32,000 nucleotides of DNA from Faecalibaculum rodentium (lineage in GTDB: Bacteria > Bacillota_I > Bacilli_A > Erysipelotrichales > Erysipelotrichaceae), in the NCBI RefSeq assembly GCF_001564455.1, contig NZ_CP011391.1:810001-842000 (forward strand). The letters run 5' to 3'. Made by a program: the position numbers and the translations under genes. Of the stretch, positions 21,336 to 32,000 are shown one piece after another; the first letter of the stretch is position 1, and each line of letters starts with the position of its first letter. The notes under the pieces are model-generated. The model had not been told where the DNA came from. It did not search any database and saw nothing but the letters and a program-made list of their open reading frames with translations.

Positions 21336-21443
21336 ATGTGGTCATCACAGTGCTGAGGAAATACCTGTTCCCATCCCGAACACAGAAGTCAAGCTCAGAG
21401 ACGGTGACGATAGCCGAAAGGCAAAAATAACAAATGGCCACTC
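21336..21443 (+). rRNA. rrf: 5S ribosomal RNA, compact form (about 105-108 nt)
   Basis: Conserved core cctgttCCCATCCCGAACACAGAAGTCAAGCTC. Helix I pairs gtggtcat (21338-21345) with atggccac (21434-21441). The helix IV/V region is shortened to gacgatagCC-GAAA-GGcaaaaataacaa. Confidence 0.85.
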
Positions 21444-21447
21444 AGAC

Positions 21448-21479
21448 AGCCGCTTTCCTTACGGGAAGGTGGCTTTTTT
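21448..21479 (+). terminator. rrn operon 1 terminator
   Basis: agccgctttcc ttac gggaaggtggct hairpin (two G-U pairs) followed by T6. Confidence 0.75.
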
Positions 21480-21548
21480 GCTGTCAGCTTCGGCTGCTGC
21501 TCATCAGCCTGTCTGGAGTCTGCAGAAATGCGCTTTACTCAGGTAAGG

Positions 21549-22879
<1,331 letters not shown>

Positions 22880-22953
22880 TCTTGGCCTGCCCGTCTGTTT
22901 CCTTCTAATATGAAACCAGAAACGCCGGAGAAAACACCGGCGGGAGGACAATC

Positions 22954-23622
22954 ATGAAGCGTGAATGTGCAGAAGCAGCGTATAAACTGATTAAAAACGG
23001 CATGACCATTGGTCTCGGGGGCGGAAGGACCATCCAGTATCTGATTGAATTCATCAATATGGGAAATCTGGATCAGATCAAGGTGGTAACTCCCAGCATG
23101 AGCACAGCCCTTGCCTGCAAATCTCATGGAATCACCGTCATTCCCACCTGGCTGACAAGTTCCCTGGATATTGCTTTTGACGGCTGTGATCAGGTGGATG
23201 AATCCCTGAATGCCCTGAAGAGCGGTGGGGCGATCCATACACAGGAGAGAATCGTGGCAGCCATGGCAAAGCAGTACGTGCTTTTGGTTGACAGTTCGAA
23301 GCTGGTTCAGAAACTTACATTCGATTATCCCGTTGCTGTTGAGGTAGTCCCTGAAGCGTTCAGCTACGTGAAATCTCAGCTGGAAAAAATGGGGGCCCAG
23401 GTAGCCTGGAGAACTGGATCCGGCAAAGACGGTGGTGTGATGACAGACCAGGGCAATCCTGTGATGGATGCCGCATTCAATACGGTGGATGATGTCGCTG
23501 CTTTGAATCGCCGGATTTCTGATATTCCGGGGGTCGTAGATACTTCTCTGTTTGTTGGAATTGCAGCGAAAGCCATCGTTGCACAGCCGGATGGTACGGT
23601 TACTGTAATCGATCGTCCCTGA
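22954..23622 (+). CDS. rpiA: Ribose-5-phosphate isomerase A
   Basis: GGGAGG upstream. Motifs GLGGGRT, AFDGCDQVD and LKSGGAIHTQERIVA are present. Length 222 aa. Confidence 0.9.
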   Translation: MKRECAEAAYKLIKNGMTIGLGGGRTIQYLIEFINMGNLDQIKVVTPSMSTALACKSHGITVIPTWLTSSLDIAFDGCDQVDESLNALKSGGAIHTQERIVAAMAKQYVLLVDSSKLVQKLTFDYPVAVEVVPEAFSYVKSQLEKMGAQVAWRTGSGKDGGVMTDQGNPVMDAAFNTVDDVAALNRRISDIPGVVDTSLFVGIAAKAIVAQPDGTVTVIDRP

Positions 23623-23671
23623 TTTGAACGTATCTTCAGGAATGAGTCTATACTGACTGAGCGAATCAACG

Positions 23672-23721
23672 AAAAAGTCTTCCATCGGTTTGTGTTCATC
23701 ACAGATTGATGGAAGACTTTT
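23672..23721. terminator. Bidirectional terminator between convergent rpiA and the TrmH-family gene
   Basis: 14-bp perfect stem aaaagtcttccatc/gatggaagactttt, flanked by an A-run and a T-run, with a 21-nt loop. Confidence 0.65.
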
Positions 23722-23818
23722 CAGTATATGCAGGCTGACTGTATCCCGGAATCAGGCAGCAGTCGACGATTTTTTTACCGGCGGGTACACGTCAGCGGAA
23801 TCCGGGAGGATTTGGATT

Positions 23819-24580
23819 TCAGGGATTGTCTCTTTCTGTTCTGTATCGAAGACAGTACATCAGTATAGAACCGGCAACAGCCACGTTCAGGCTCTCAAAT
23901 GCATCCATCTCGATGTAGACGGTCTCTGTACACTGATGGATCAGGGCTTCCCGGATTCCCTGACCTTCATTTCCCAGTACCAGTGCCCAGGGTCCGGAGA
24001 TCCTCAGACTGGAGAGAGAAATGCTGTCATGATGCAGGGCAGCTGCAAAGACAGGCATCCTGGTTTTCAGTTCTTCCACTGCAGCAGATAACCGGCAGCG
24101 GATCACGGGAACATGAAACACAGCTCCCTGTGAGGACTGAAGTGCTTTTGGCCCAAATGGGTCGGCACAATCGCCGGAACAGAGAACGAGCTGGATACCG
24201 AAACCGACGGCAGATCGTATCAAAGTTCCCAGATTTCCCGGGTCCTGTACTCCATCAAGGAGAAGGACCCTGTCCGGCTTCTCGGGCAGTTTTTGATCAG
24301 GAAGGGAAGCAACTCCAATAAGTCTGGCCCCGGAATCTAATAAAGAGAGCCGGTTCAGGACCGGGGCTGTACACTCAACTGCCATATGCCGGTCTGCAAA
24401 ATCCGGCAGCGGCTCTCCTTCAAGAAAAAAGATCTCCTGTAAAGCCCCTGCCTGTGCTGCTTCCTGCAACATATGTTCCCCTTCGATCAAATAGCGGTTC
24501 TGCCTGTCCCTCTCCTTTTTTCTGTGCAGCTTTGCAAGCTCTTTGATCATTGCATTCTGTGTTGATTCGATGCGTTTCAT
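23819..24580 (-). CDS. TrmH/SpoU-family RNA 2'-O-methyltransferase (RlmB/YsgA-like)
   Basis: AGGAG 7 nt before ATG (complement of 24578-24580), internal to tracked ORF 23819-24658. Motifs LLLDGVQDPGNLGTLIRSA, LVLGNEGQG and ESLNVAVAGSILMY are present. Confidence 0.85.
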   Translation of the reverse strand: MKRIESTQNAMIKELAKLHRKKERDRQNRYLIEGEHMLQEAAQAGALQEIFFLEGEPLPDFADRHMAVECTAPVLNRLSLLDSGARLIGVASLPDQKLPEKPDRVLLLDGVQDPGNLGTLIRSAVGFGIQLVLCSGDCADPFGPKALQSSQGAVFHVPVIRCRLSAAVEELKTRMPVFAAALHHDSISLSSLRISGPWALVLGNEGQGIREALIHQCTETVYIEMDAFESLNVAVAGSILMYCLRYRTERDNP

Positions 24581-24770
24581 ATTTTTCTCCTGTCTGCAGA
24601 GGACAGAGTTATCCTGCTGTTTCCTCTGACTGCCTGAACTACGGGCAGGTACATGCAACAGGAAACACGATGGATTCCTGTAGAATATACTTCCTGTATA
24701 TCGTATCAGAATCAGGGGCAGTCAGCTGGTCAGGGAATACCAGGGATTACAGCAGGACGGCAGAGGCGGG

Positions 24771-24799
24771 TTGCAGCCTTGTTTCCAGTCGTCTATAAT
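24771..24799 (+). promoter_or_regulatory. Candidate sigma-A promoter of the pheST leader
   Basis: TTGCAG (24771-24776), 17-nt spacer, TATAAT (24794-24799). Confidence 0.45.
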
Positions 24800-24864
24800 G
24801 AAAAAGCTTTTTAGTAGGCCAAAAAGGCCTGAATTGGATCCGGTTCCTCCGGTTGATGAATCAA

Positions 24865-25064
24865 AGCGTTGACAGGACATAGTACTTCCTTACCCCCGGA
24901 AAGAGAGTCGGCAGATGGTGAAACGCCGATGCGGGAAAGCGGAATGAATTCACCCTGGAGCAGGAGCAAACCTCCTCCGTTTCATACGGTTATCATGAAA
25001 GAGTGCGTTCGACGAAGCAGGATGGTACCGCGGGGTTCTCCCGTTCCTGTGTTCGTCGTTTTTT
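24865..25064 (+). promoter_or_regulatory. T-box riboswitch leader (phenylalanine)
   Basis: AGTA (24881-24884); AG-bulge aaagagag; distal loop gatggtgaaac. The specifier is GAA-TTC-A with UUC at 24949-24951. T-box sequence aGGATGGTACCGCGg (25019-25033). The antiterminator pairs cagga with tcctg. U-run at 25059-25064. Confidence 0.9.
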
Positions 25065-25148
25065 AGTACCAAAATGCACAGAAACAGCAAGTGGAGTCAC
25101 GCACGTGACTCAAAAGAGAAAACAGGATTTGAAGAGAGGATGATATAT

Positions 25149-26180
25149 ATGGATGAGATGCAGCAACTGCAGCAGACAGCTCTGAAGGACATCACTTCTG
25201 CTGATAGAACCTCTTCCCTGAATGATCTTCGGGTGAAGTACCTTGGAAAAAAAGGTGCGGTTCAGGGATTGATGAAGAATATGAAGAACCTGCCTGCAGA
25301 TGAAAAACCGGCTTATGGTCAGAAAGTAAACAAACTCAAGCAGGAACTGCAAAAAGCACTGGAAGAAAGAAAAGAGTCTCTGGAAGCAGCAGAACTGGAA
25401 GGGAAAATAACCAGTGAGGAAATTGACGTGACTCTCCCAGGACGCCGGCCGTCTGCAGGAAGTCTGCATCCACTGACACTGGTACAGCAGGAGCTGGAGG
25501 ATCTGTTTGTGGGCCTTGGCTACCAGGTCATCGAAGGTCCTGAAGTGGTGGAGGACTTGTATTGCTTTGAACGCGCTAATATCCCCAGAGACCATCCCGC
25601 CCGTGATATGCAGGATTCCCTTTATATTGATCCCGAACACCTGCTGCGGACGCATACAACGGCAATCCAGATGAAGGTTCTGGAGGAGCAGGCACCGAAT
25701 GACATCAAGGTGATATGCCCGGGCAAGGTGTATCGCCGGGATGACGACGATGCCACACACTCTCATCAGTTCACGCAGATGGAAGGCTTGGTAATAGGCG
25801 AACATATCACGCTGGCAGACTTGAAGGGAACGCTGGAATTCCTGGCAAGAAAGATGTTCGGCCAGGACAGAGAAATCCGTTTCCGGCCCAGTTATTTCCC
25901 CTTTACCGAGCCCAGCGTTGAAGTGGATGTAACTTGTCATGTCTGTGGTGGCAAAGGGTGCCCCACCTGCAAGCAGACTGGCTGGATTGAAATCCTGGGT
26001 GCCGGCGAAGTGCATCCCCATGTACTGGAGATGGCCGGGTACGATCCGAAAAAGGCACAGGGTTTCGCATTCGGCGTAGGGATTGAGCGAGTGGCAATGT
26101 TAAAGTACGGTATTGATGATATCCGACATTTTTATACCAACGACAGGCGGTTTGCGAAACTGTTCGAGCGGTTTGAGTAG
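25149..26180 (+). CDS. pheS: Phenylalanine--tRNA ligase alpha subunit
   Basis: GAGAGGA 8 nt before ATG 25149, internal to tracked ORF 25074-26180. Class II motifs are present ([35 protein letters not shown]). Length 343 aa. Confidence 0.95.
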   Translation: MDEMQQLQQTALKDITSADRTSSLNDLRVKYLGKKGAVQGLMKNMKNLPADEKPAYGQKVNKLKQELQKALEERKESLEAAELEGKITSEEIDVTLPGRRPSAGSLHPLTLVQQELEDLFVGLGYQVIEGPEVVEDLYCFERANIPRDHPARDMQDSLYIDPEHLLRTHTTAIQMKVLEEQAPNDIKVICPGKVYRRDDDDATHSHQFTQMEGLVIGEHITLADLKGTLEFLARKMFGQDREIRFRPSYFPFTEPSVEVDVTCHVCGGKGCPTCKQTGWIEILGAGEVHPHVLEMAGYDPKKAQGFAFGVGIERVAMLKYGIDDIRHFYTNDRRFAKLFERFE

Positions 26181-26189
26181 GAGGTACGT

Positions 26190-28577
26190 ATGAGAATTTC
26201 AAGAAAATGGCTGAATCAGTATCTGGATATCTCCGACCTGAGCCTCGACGAACTGGCTCGAAGGATTACGGATGCCGGGTTTGAAGTGGAAGGAACTGAA
26301 CGACTCGGGCAGGGAACCAATCTTGTGATCGGCAAAGTTTTGACCTGTGAGCCGCATCCGGATTCCGATCATCTTCATGTGACAACGGTGGACACCGGTG
26401 ATGAGCCACTGACCATCGTCTGCGGTGCACCAAATGTTGCAGCAGGTCAGAAAGTGATCGTCGCCCAACCCGGCGCAAAACTTCCAGGCGGAGAAATCAA
26501 AGCAGGTAAAATCCGGGGTGTTGAGTCCAATGGCATGATCTGTGCTCTGTTTGAACTGGGTGTGGACAAACATCTTCTCAGACAGGACCAGATAGACGGT
26601 ATTGAGATCCTCCCGGAAGAAGCGCCGGTGGGCTGTGAGGATCCGCTGGGCTACCTTGGATATCAGGACGAGATTCTGGATATCGGGCTGACGCCCAATC
26701 GCAGTGACTGCCTGGCAGCGTTCAATATGGCTGCTGAAATTGGTGCCATTCTGAATCGATCGGTTCAACTGCCCGATTTTAAAGGAGCCGCAGATGAAGG
26801 AAAAGAGACAGCTGCTGTCTGTCGCACGGAGACACCCGGCTGCCCGCTGTTTCTTGAGAAAGTCATTGAATCAGTAAAAATCGGTCCTTCTCCCAGGTGG
26901 ATGCAGGAGCTCCTGCGTGCATCCGGCGTTCATTCCATCAACAATGTTGTGGATATCTCCAATATCGTCATGCTGGAAACTGGACAACCGATGCATTTTT
27001 ACGATATTGATGCCATTCCCGATCATGAAATCACAGTCAGAGATGGATTCAGTGAAGCCTATACAGCTCTGGACGGCGTTACATATCAGCTGGAGCCTGA
27101 GGACCTCGTCATTACCAATCAGGGAAAGCCGATAGGTATTGCCGGAATCATGGGCGGCGAAGATTCCAAGATTCTGGATACGACCAGAGGTCTGATCATT
27201 GAATGTGCATTGTTTGATCATGTAAGGATTCGTAACACAGCTAGAAGACTGAATCTCAACACTGAAGCCAGTCAGCGTTATCAAAAGGGTATTGAACCGT
27301 TGGCAGCTCAGAAAGCGATGGACAGGGCAGTCCAGCTGTTGAAAGAGTATGCGGATGCAAAAGACATCGAGGCCACAGTGACAGCCGGGGTGCAGAGCTG
27401 GCAGCCGCGAATCATCAGCTGTACCCTGGAGGAAATCAATCATCGTCTGGGAACAGATTTTAAAAAGGAAGAAGTTCTGGACGTGTTGACCCGACTGCAG
27501 TTTGCTCCCGAAACAGAAGGCAGCCGGATTACGGTGACAATTCCCAGCTGGCGGACTGATATGGAAGGAATCGCAGATGTATCCGAGGAAGTCATCCGTC
27601 TTCTTGGATATGACAGGCTCCCTTCGACTCTTCCGGAAATGCCGATGACCGAGGGCAAGCTCGATCCAATGCAGCGGTTTACGAGGATGACACGAACGAT
27701 GTTTTCTGAACTTGGTTTCCAGGAAGCTTTGACCTATACCCTGGTTTCCACAGAAAAGAAAAATGACGGAGTGATGAGTGACGGCGAATCCATTGAACTT
27801 GCATCCGCATTGTCGGAACAGAGACGCTGGATCCGAACCAGTATATTGCCCAGTCTGCTGGAGGCAGCGGCATACAACAGAAGCCGGAAGGCAAAGGATA
27901 TTGCCGTATTTGAAATCTCGGATGTGGAATCCAGGGATAATCGAAGCAGGCATCTTGCGTTTGTAATAGAGGGCAAACTGCAGGACAGCGAGTGGACACA
28001 TACCTCTCTGCCCGCAGATTTCTATACAGCGAAGGGAATTGTTGAATCCTGGCTGGCTCGACAGGGAATAGATTCTGCACGGATTCGTTTTGAGAAAAGT
28101 ACCGACGGTGGACTGTTCCATCCTGCCAGAACTGCAAAAATCAGGATAGGGCGGGATATAATCGGGATACTTGGTGAAATTCACCCTTCCCGTGGAAAGG
28201 AACGGACTGTGATGGCGGAAATCAACATGACAGCTGTGCTTGGTCTCAAGAAATCAAAGGTACGCTTCAAACCGGTTTCAAAATATCCGTCGGTTGACCG
28301 GGATATCGCACTTGTACTGAAACGAAGCGTACCGGCAGGACACCTCATTGAAACCGTTCTCCGCCAGGGGCGTCTGGACAAGGAAACAGTCATCAGAGAT
28401 GTACAGGTTTTCGATGTATATGAAGGTGATCGTGTAGCTGCTGATGAGAAGAGCCTGGCGCTGAGGATCGTTTTCCAGTCTGATAAAAAGACACTTACGG
28501 AAGAGGAAATTTCTTCTGTCATGACAAAAGTTCTTGCAGATCTCGAGAAGAAACACGATGCCAGACTTCGCGGCTGA
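26190..28577 (+). CDS. pheT: Phenylalanine--tRNA ligase beta subunit
   Basis: TAGGAGG 6 nt upstream. The N-terminus is MRISRKWLNQY. tRNA-binding, B3/4, B5 and FDX-ACB-like regions are present. Length 795 aa. Confidence 0.95.
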   Translation: MRISRKWLNQYLDISDLSLDELARRITDAGFEVEGTERLGQGTNLVIGKVLTCEPHPDSDHLHVTTVDTGDEPLTIVCGAPNVAAGQKVIVAQPGAKLPGGEIKAGKIRGVESNGMICALFELGVDKHLLRQDQIDGIEILPEEAPVGCEDPLGYLGYQDEILDIGLTPNRSDCLAAFNMAAEIGAILNRSVQLPDFKGAADEGKETAAVCRTETPGCPLFLEKVIESVKIGPSPRWMQELLRASGVHSINNVVDISNIVMLETGQPMHFYDIDAIPDHEITVRDGFSEAYTALDGVTYQLEPEDLVITNQGKPIGIAGIMGGEDSKILDTTRGLIIECALFDHVRIRNTARRLNLNTEASQRYQKGIEPLAAQKAMDRAVQLLKEYADAKDIEATVTAGVQSWQPRIISCTLEEINHRLGTDFKKEEVLDVLTRLQFAPETEGSRITVTIPSWRTDMEGIADVSEEVIRLLGYDRLPSTLPEMPMTEGKLDPMQRFTRMTRTMFSELGFQEALTYTLVSTEKKNDGVMSDGESIELASALSEQRRWIRTSILPSLLEAAAYNRSRKAKDIAVFEISDVESRDNRSRHLAFVIEGKLQDSEWTHTSLPADFYTAKGIVESWLARQGIDSARIRFEKSTDGGLFHPARTAKIRIGRDIIGILGEIHPSRGKERTVMAEINMTAVLGLKKSKVRFKPVSKYPSVDRDIALVLKRSVPAGHLIETVLRQGRLDKETVIRDVQVFDVYEGDRVAADEKSLALRIVFQSDKKTLTEEEISSVMTKVLADLEKKHDARLRG

Positions 28578-28643
28578 ATCTGTCCTTTCTGCGAGTGCAG
28601 CTTTTGACTGATCGGGCAGCAAAACAGATGCCGGATAGTCTGA

Positions 28644-28910
28644 ATGATCATTACATTTCATCTGATTGATGGTTCCCTTTCAGAAGATACCCAAAATAAC
28701 CACACGGGTTCTCTTGCTGAAAGGGAACTTTTTATATCCTGGAAAACAGAAGATCAACCGTCTGCTATCTTTGAATATCAGTTTTCAGAATTACTAAGAG
28801 GATCCAGCCTGCAGCCTGTTCTGAGCGGTTGCTGTATTTTCTTTGAAGAACAGGAAAGCTGTTCGAGCCTGAATGGTCTGATATCGGCTGACACAGCTGT
28901 GATAGAATGA
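28644..28910 (+). CDS. Hypothetical 88-aa ORF (doubtful)
   Basis: It is the only sizeable ORF in the pheT-to-acetyltransferase gap. There is no convincing Shine-Dalgarno sequence and no recognisable family. Confidence 0.25.
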   Translation: MIITFHLIDGSLSEDTQNNHTGSLAERELFISWKTEDQPSAIFEYQFSELLRGSSLQPVLSGCCIFFEEQESCSSLNGLISADTAVIE

Positions 28911-28917
28911 AAATGTT

Positions 28918-29694
28918 ATGGATTATTTCACGAAGAGAGACTGGATAGAGATATTTGAATCATGTGGAATCAGGCGTGGATATCGTGTTTTGCTGCAGAT
29001 AGACTGTGATCACCTGAGAGAAACTGCAGGTGGGGTGCAGACGATTCTGGAAGCGCTGATGGAGGTTGTGACGAGTTCGGGAACAATTATTATCCCGGCT
29101 TTCTCGTTATCGGCATTGGATCCCGCCTGCCGGGAAAAGATACCCTGCAGTTATGAAAAATGGGTGGAATATCGTCGGAGTCTGTACGGATTCGAGAAGG
29201 AGTTAACCGAATCTTCGCTCCCGGCTATGATCCTGCAGAGGATTCAAGGTACATTGCGAACCGATCATCCGGTCCGTTCGTTTGTAGTGTGGGGAAGCTG
29301 CAATCAGGAATGGGTGAAGCAGCCATTGGATTTTCCAGTAAGCTTTGGTCATGTGTTTTCAGTGTTCGAGGAGAGAATGTCCTGTAATGTTCTGATTGGT
29401 GTGCCCTGGGAAGAGAGCCTGCTGGTTCTGGCCATGGCTCATTTAACGGAACTGGAACTCGTTGGTATTCAGAAGGCCTGGCTTCACAGGCCGAAGCGCA
29501 ATTTGGCTAAAACATTTCTGGTCGGAATACCGGATCCCGCAGCGTATGACGAAATACGAGAGCTTTTGCATACAGAAGAAGTGCAAACAGTTGCCGGAAT
29601 GGTTGAGGTGTTGTCGTTGTACAGTTCTCCGAACAAAACGAAGGAGATCTGGTTGAACAGCCGGAACAGCGAGCATAAGGGAAGCTGTTTATAG
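28918..29694 (+). CDS. AAC(3)-family-like aminoglycoside N3-acetyltransferase homologue (YokD-like)
   Basis: The pattern matches the Antibiotic_NAT family: GGVQTILEALMEVVTSSGTIIIPAFS, RTDHPVRSFVVWG and NVLIGVPWEESLLVLAMAHLTE. The ribosome-binding site is weak. Confidence 0.6.
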   Translation: MDYFTKRDWIEIFESCGIRRGYRVLLQIDCDHLRETAGGVQTILEALMEVVTSSGTIIIPAFSLSALDPACREKIPCSYEKWVEYRRSLYGFEKELTESSLPAMILQRIQGTLRTDHPVRSFVVWGSCNQEWVKQPLDFPVSFGHVFSVFEERMSCNVLIGVPWEESLLVLAMAHLTELELVGIQKAWLHRPKRNLAKTFLVGIPDPAAYDEIRELLHTEEVQTVAGMVEVLSLYSSPNKTKEIWLNSRNSEHKGSCL

Positions 29695-29938
29695 GCTCCT
29701 GAAGGCGCTGCTCATTTGTCAGCTGGGCAATCTGTCTGTTTCGGATCATGAAAAGTCTGGAATAAGAAATGCGTTGGAGAATATGTATCGACCTGTTTCA
29801 CCATCCCTTGTTTTAGATGTTTTCTGTAGTTTCATCTTGCATCTCATTGCTAATAATGATATATTTGCTAAGTCGCAAGTGATTTGGATAAATCAATAAG
29901 TCATAACACAGAAAAGAACAAAAAGTTCAAAAAATGTG

Positions 29939-29967
29939 TTGACAGACTCTTGCGGATGAGTTAAGAT
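29939..29967 (+). promoter_or_regulatory. rrn operon 2 promoter P1
   Basis: Identical TTGACA-17-TAAGAT element, at an offset of +13613 from copy 1. Confidence 0.7.
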
Positions 29968-30201
29968 ATAGGAGTGCTGAGGGGCACAGGCGGGCTTGAC
30001 AGCCGGACCGCTCATTCAGTATCTTTGAAAAGCTTGTGACTTCATCAGAAGCTGCAGGCGATGGAAGCATCTGTCATGGATGCTGACGCTCTTTGAAAAC
30101 CGGACAGGAAAAACGAAGTAAATACAAGACGATACAACGTCGATTCTTTGAACCTGAAAAACAATCATGAACACAAGACGCAAAGCGTCTGAGTACAGAT
30201 C

Positions 30202-31739
<1,538 letters not shown>

Positions 31740-31970
31740 AGGAGAAAGTACAGGGGAAAAGGAAAAAGAGCAGAGTGGTTCCTGTCCGGTTTTGGAAGAG
31801 TGTCTTCCAGGGTCGATCTTTGAAAACCGTACAACGATATGAAAGACAACAGAAGGTCTGAAGTAAAGTTGTGGAGAAATAGAAAGAAACTGAGAGAAAG
31901 AAAAGAACAGTGAAGAAACAGTTCTGAGAAAAATATCTCGAAGAAAGCACGAAAACGTTTGAGAGAATCA

Positions 31971-32000
31971 GATCAAGCAAGGAAGGGCGCAGGGAGGATG
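31971..32000 (+). rRNA. rrl: 23S ribosomal RNA (operon 2), first 30 nt only; truncated by the window end
   Basis: It shares the 5' sequence gatcaagcaaggaagggcgcagggaggatg with copy 1. Confidence 0.9.

Noticed and set aside
24869-24897. Perfect TTGACA at 24869-24874 considered as the pheS leader promoter.
   Set aside because: No acceptable -10 hexamer lies 16-19 nt downstream (accccc). The hexamer also sits where T-box Stem I begins, just before AGTA at 24881. The upstream TTGCAG-17-TATAAT is preferred.
29695-29856. Small minus-strand ORFs (MKLQKTSKTRDGETGRYIFSNAFLIPDFS, and the tracked 29507-29749 ORF) between the acetyltransferase gene and rrn operon 2.
   Set aside because: They are very short, the tracked ORF overlaps the acetyltransferase gene in antisense, and they have no ribosome-binding site or recognisable motif.

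Overview
This is a chromosomal, mostly housekeeping window from a moderately GC-rich Bacillota-type genome. The 16S 5' region and a compact 5S suggest an Erysipelotrichia/Mollicutes-related lineage, but I cannot verify that here. Gene order, + strand unless noted: feoB 3' part; a stand-alone HMA metal-binding protein plus a P1B-2 (Zn/Cd-type) ATPase; an orphan 161-aa protein; an XpaC-like/TelA-like/53-aa membrane protein operon; a Thr T-box leader, a thrS that lacks the TGS domain, and an overlapping orphan lipoprotein; a markedly divergent, Cys-rich GroES/GroEL-like pair; rdgB-trmL-membrane protein; a cell-wall-binding-repeat/Pro-rich/NlpC-P60-like hydrolase; a small SH3b-like protein; rRNA operon 1 (16S-23S-5S, no tRNAs); purA; rpiA; a TrmH-family methyltransferase (- strand); a Phe T-box leader and pheS-pheT; an AAC(3)-family-like acetyltransferase; and rRNA operon 2, cut by the window end. 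The two rrn operons are direct repeats 13.6 kb apart. I found no CRISPR array, transposase, integrase, tRNA gene or recognisable defence island, and nothing I can defend as a clearly novel multi-gene system. The best candidates for follow-up are the divergent chaperonin pair without a CIRCE operator, the XpaC/TelA module with an untracked translationally coupled 53-aa ORF, the unusual pheS T-box terminator topology, and the AAC(3)-like gene wedged against an rrn operon. Long antisense ORFs and all ORFs inside the rDNA are treated as spurious.
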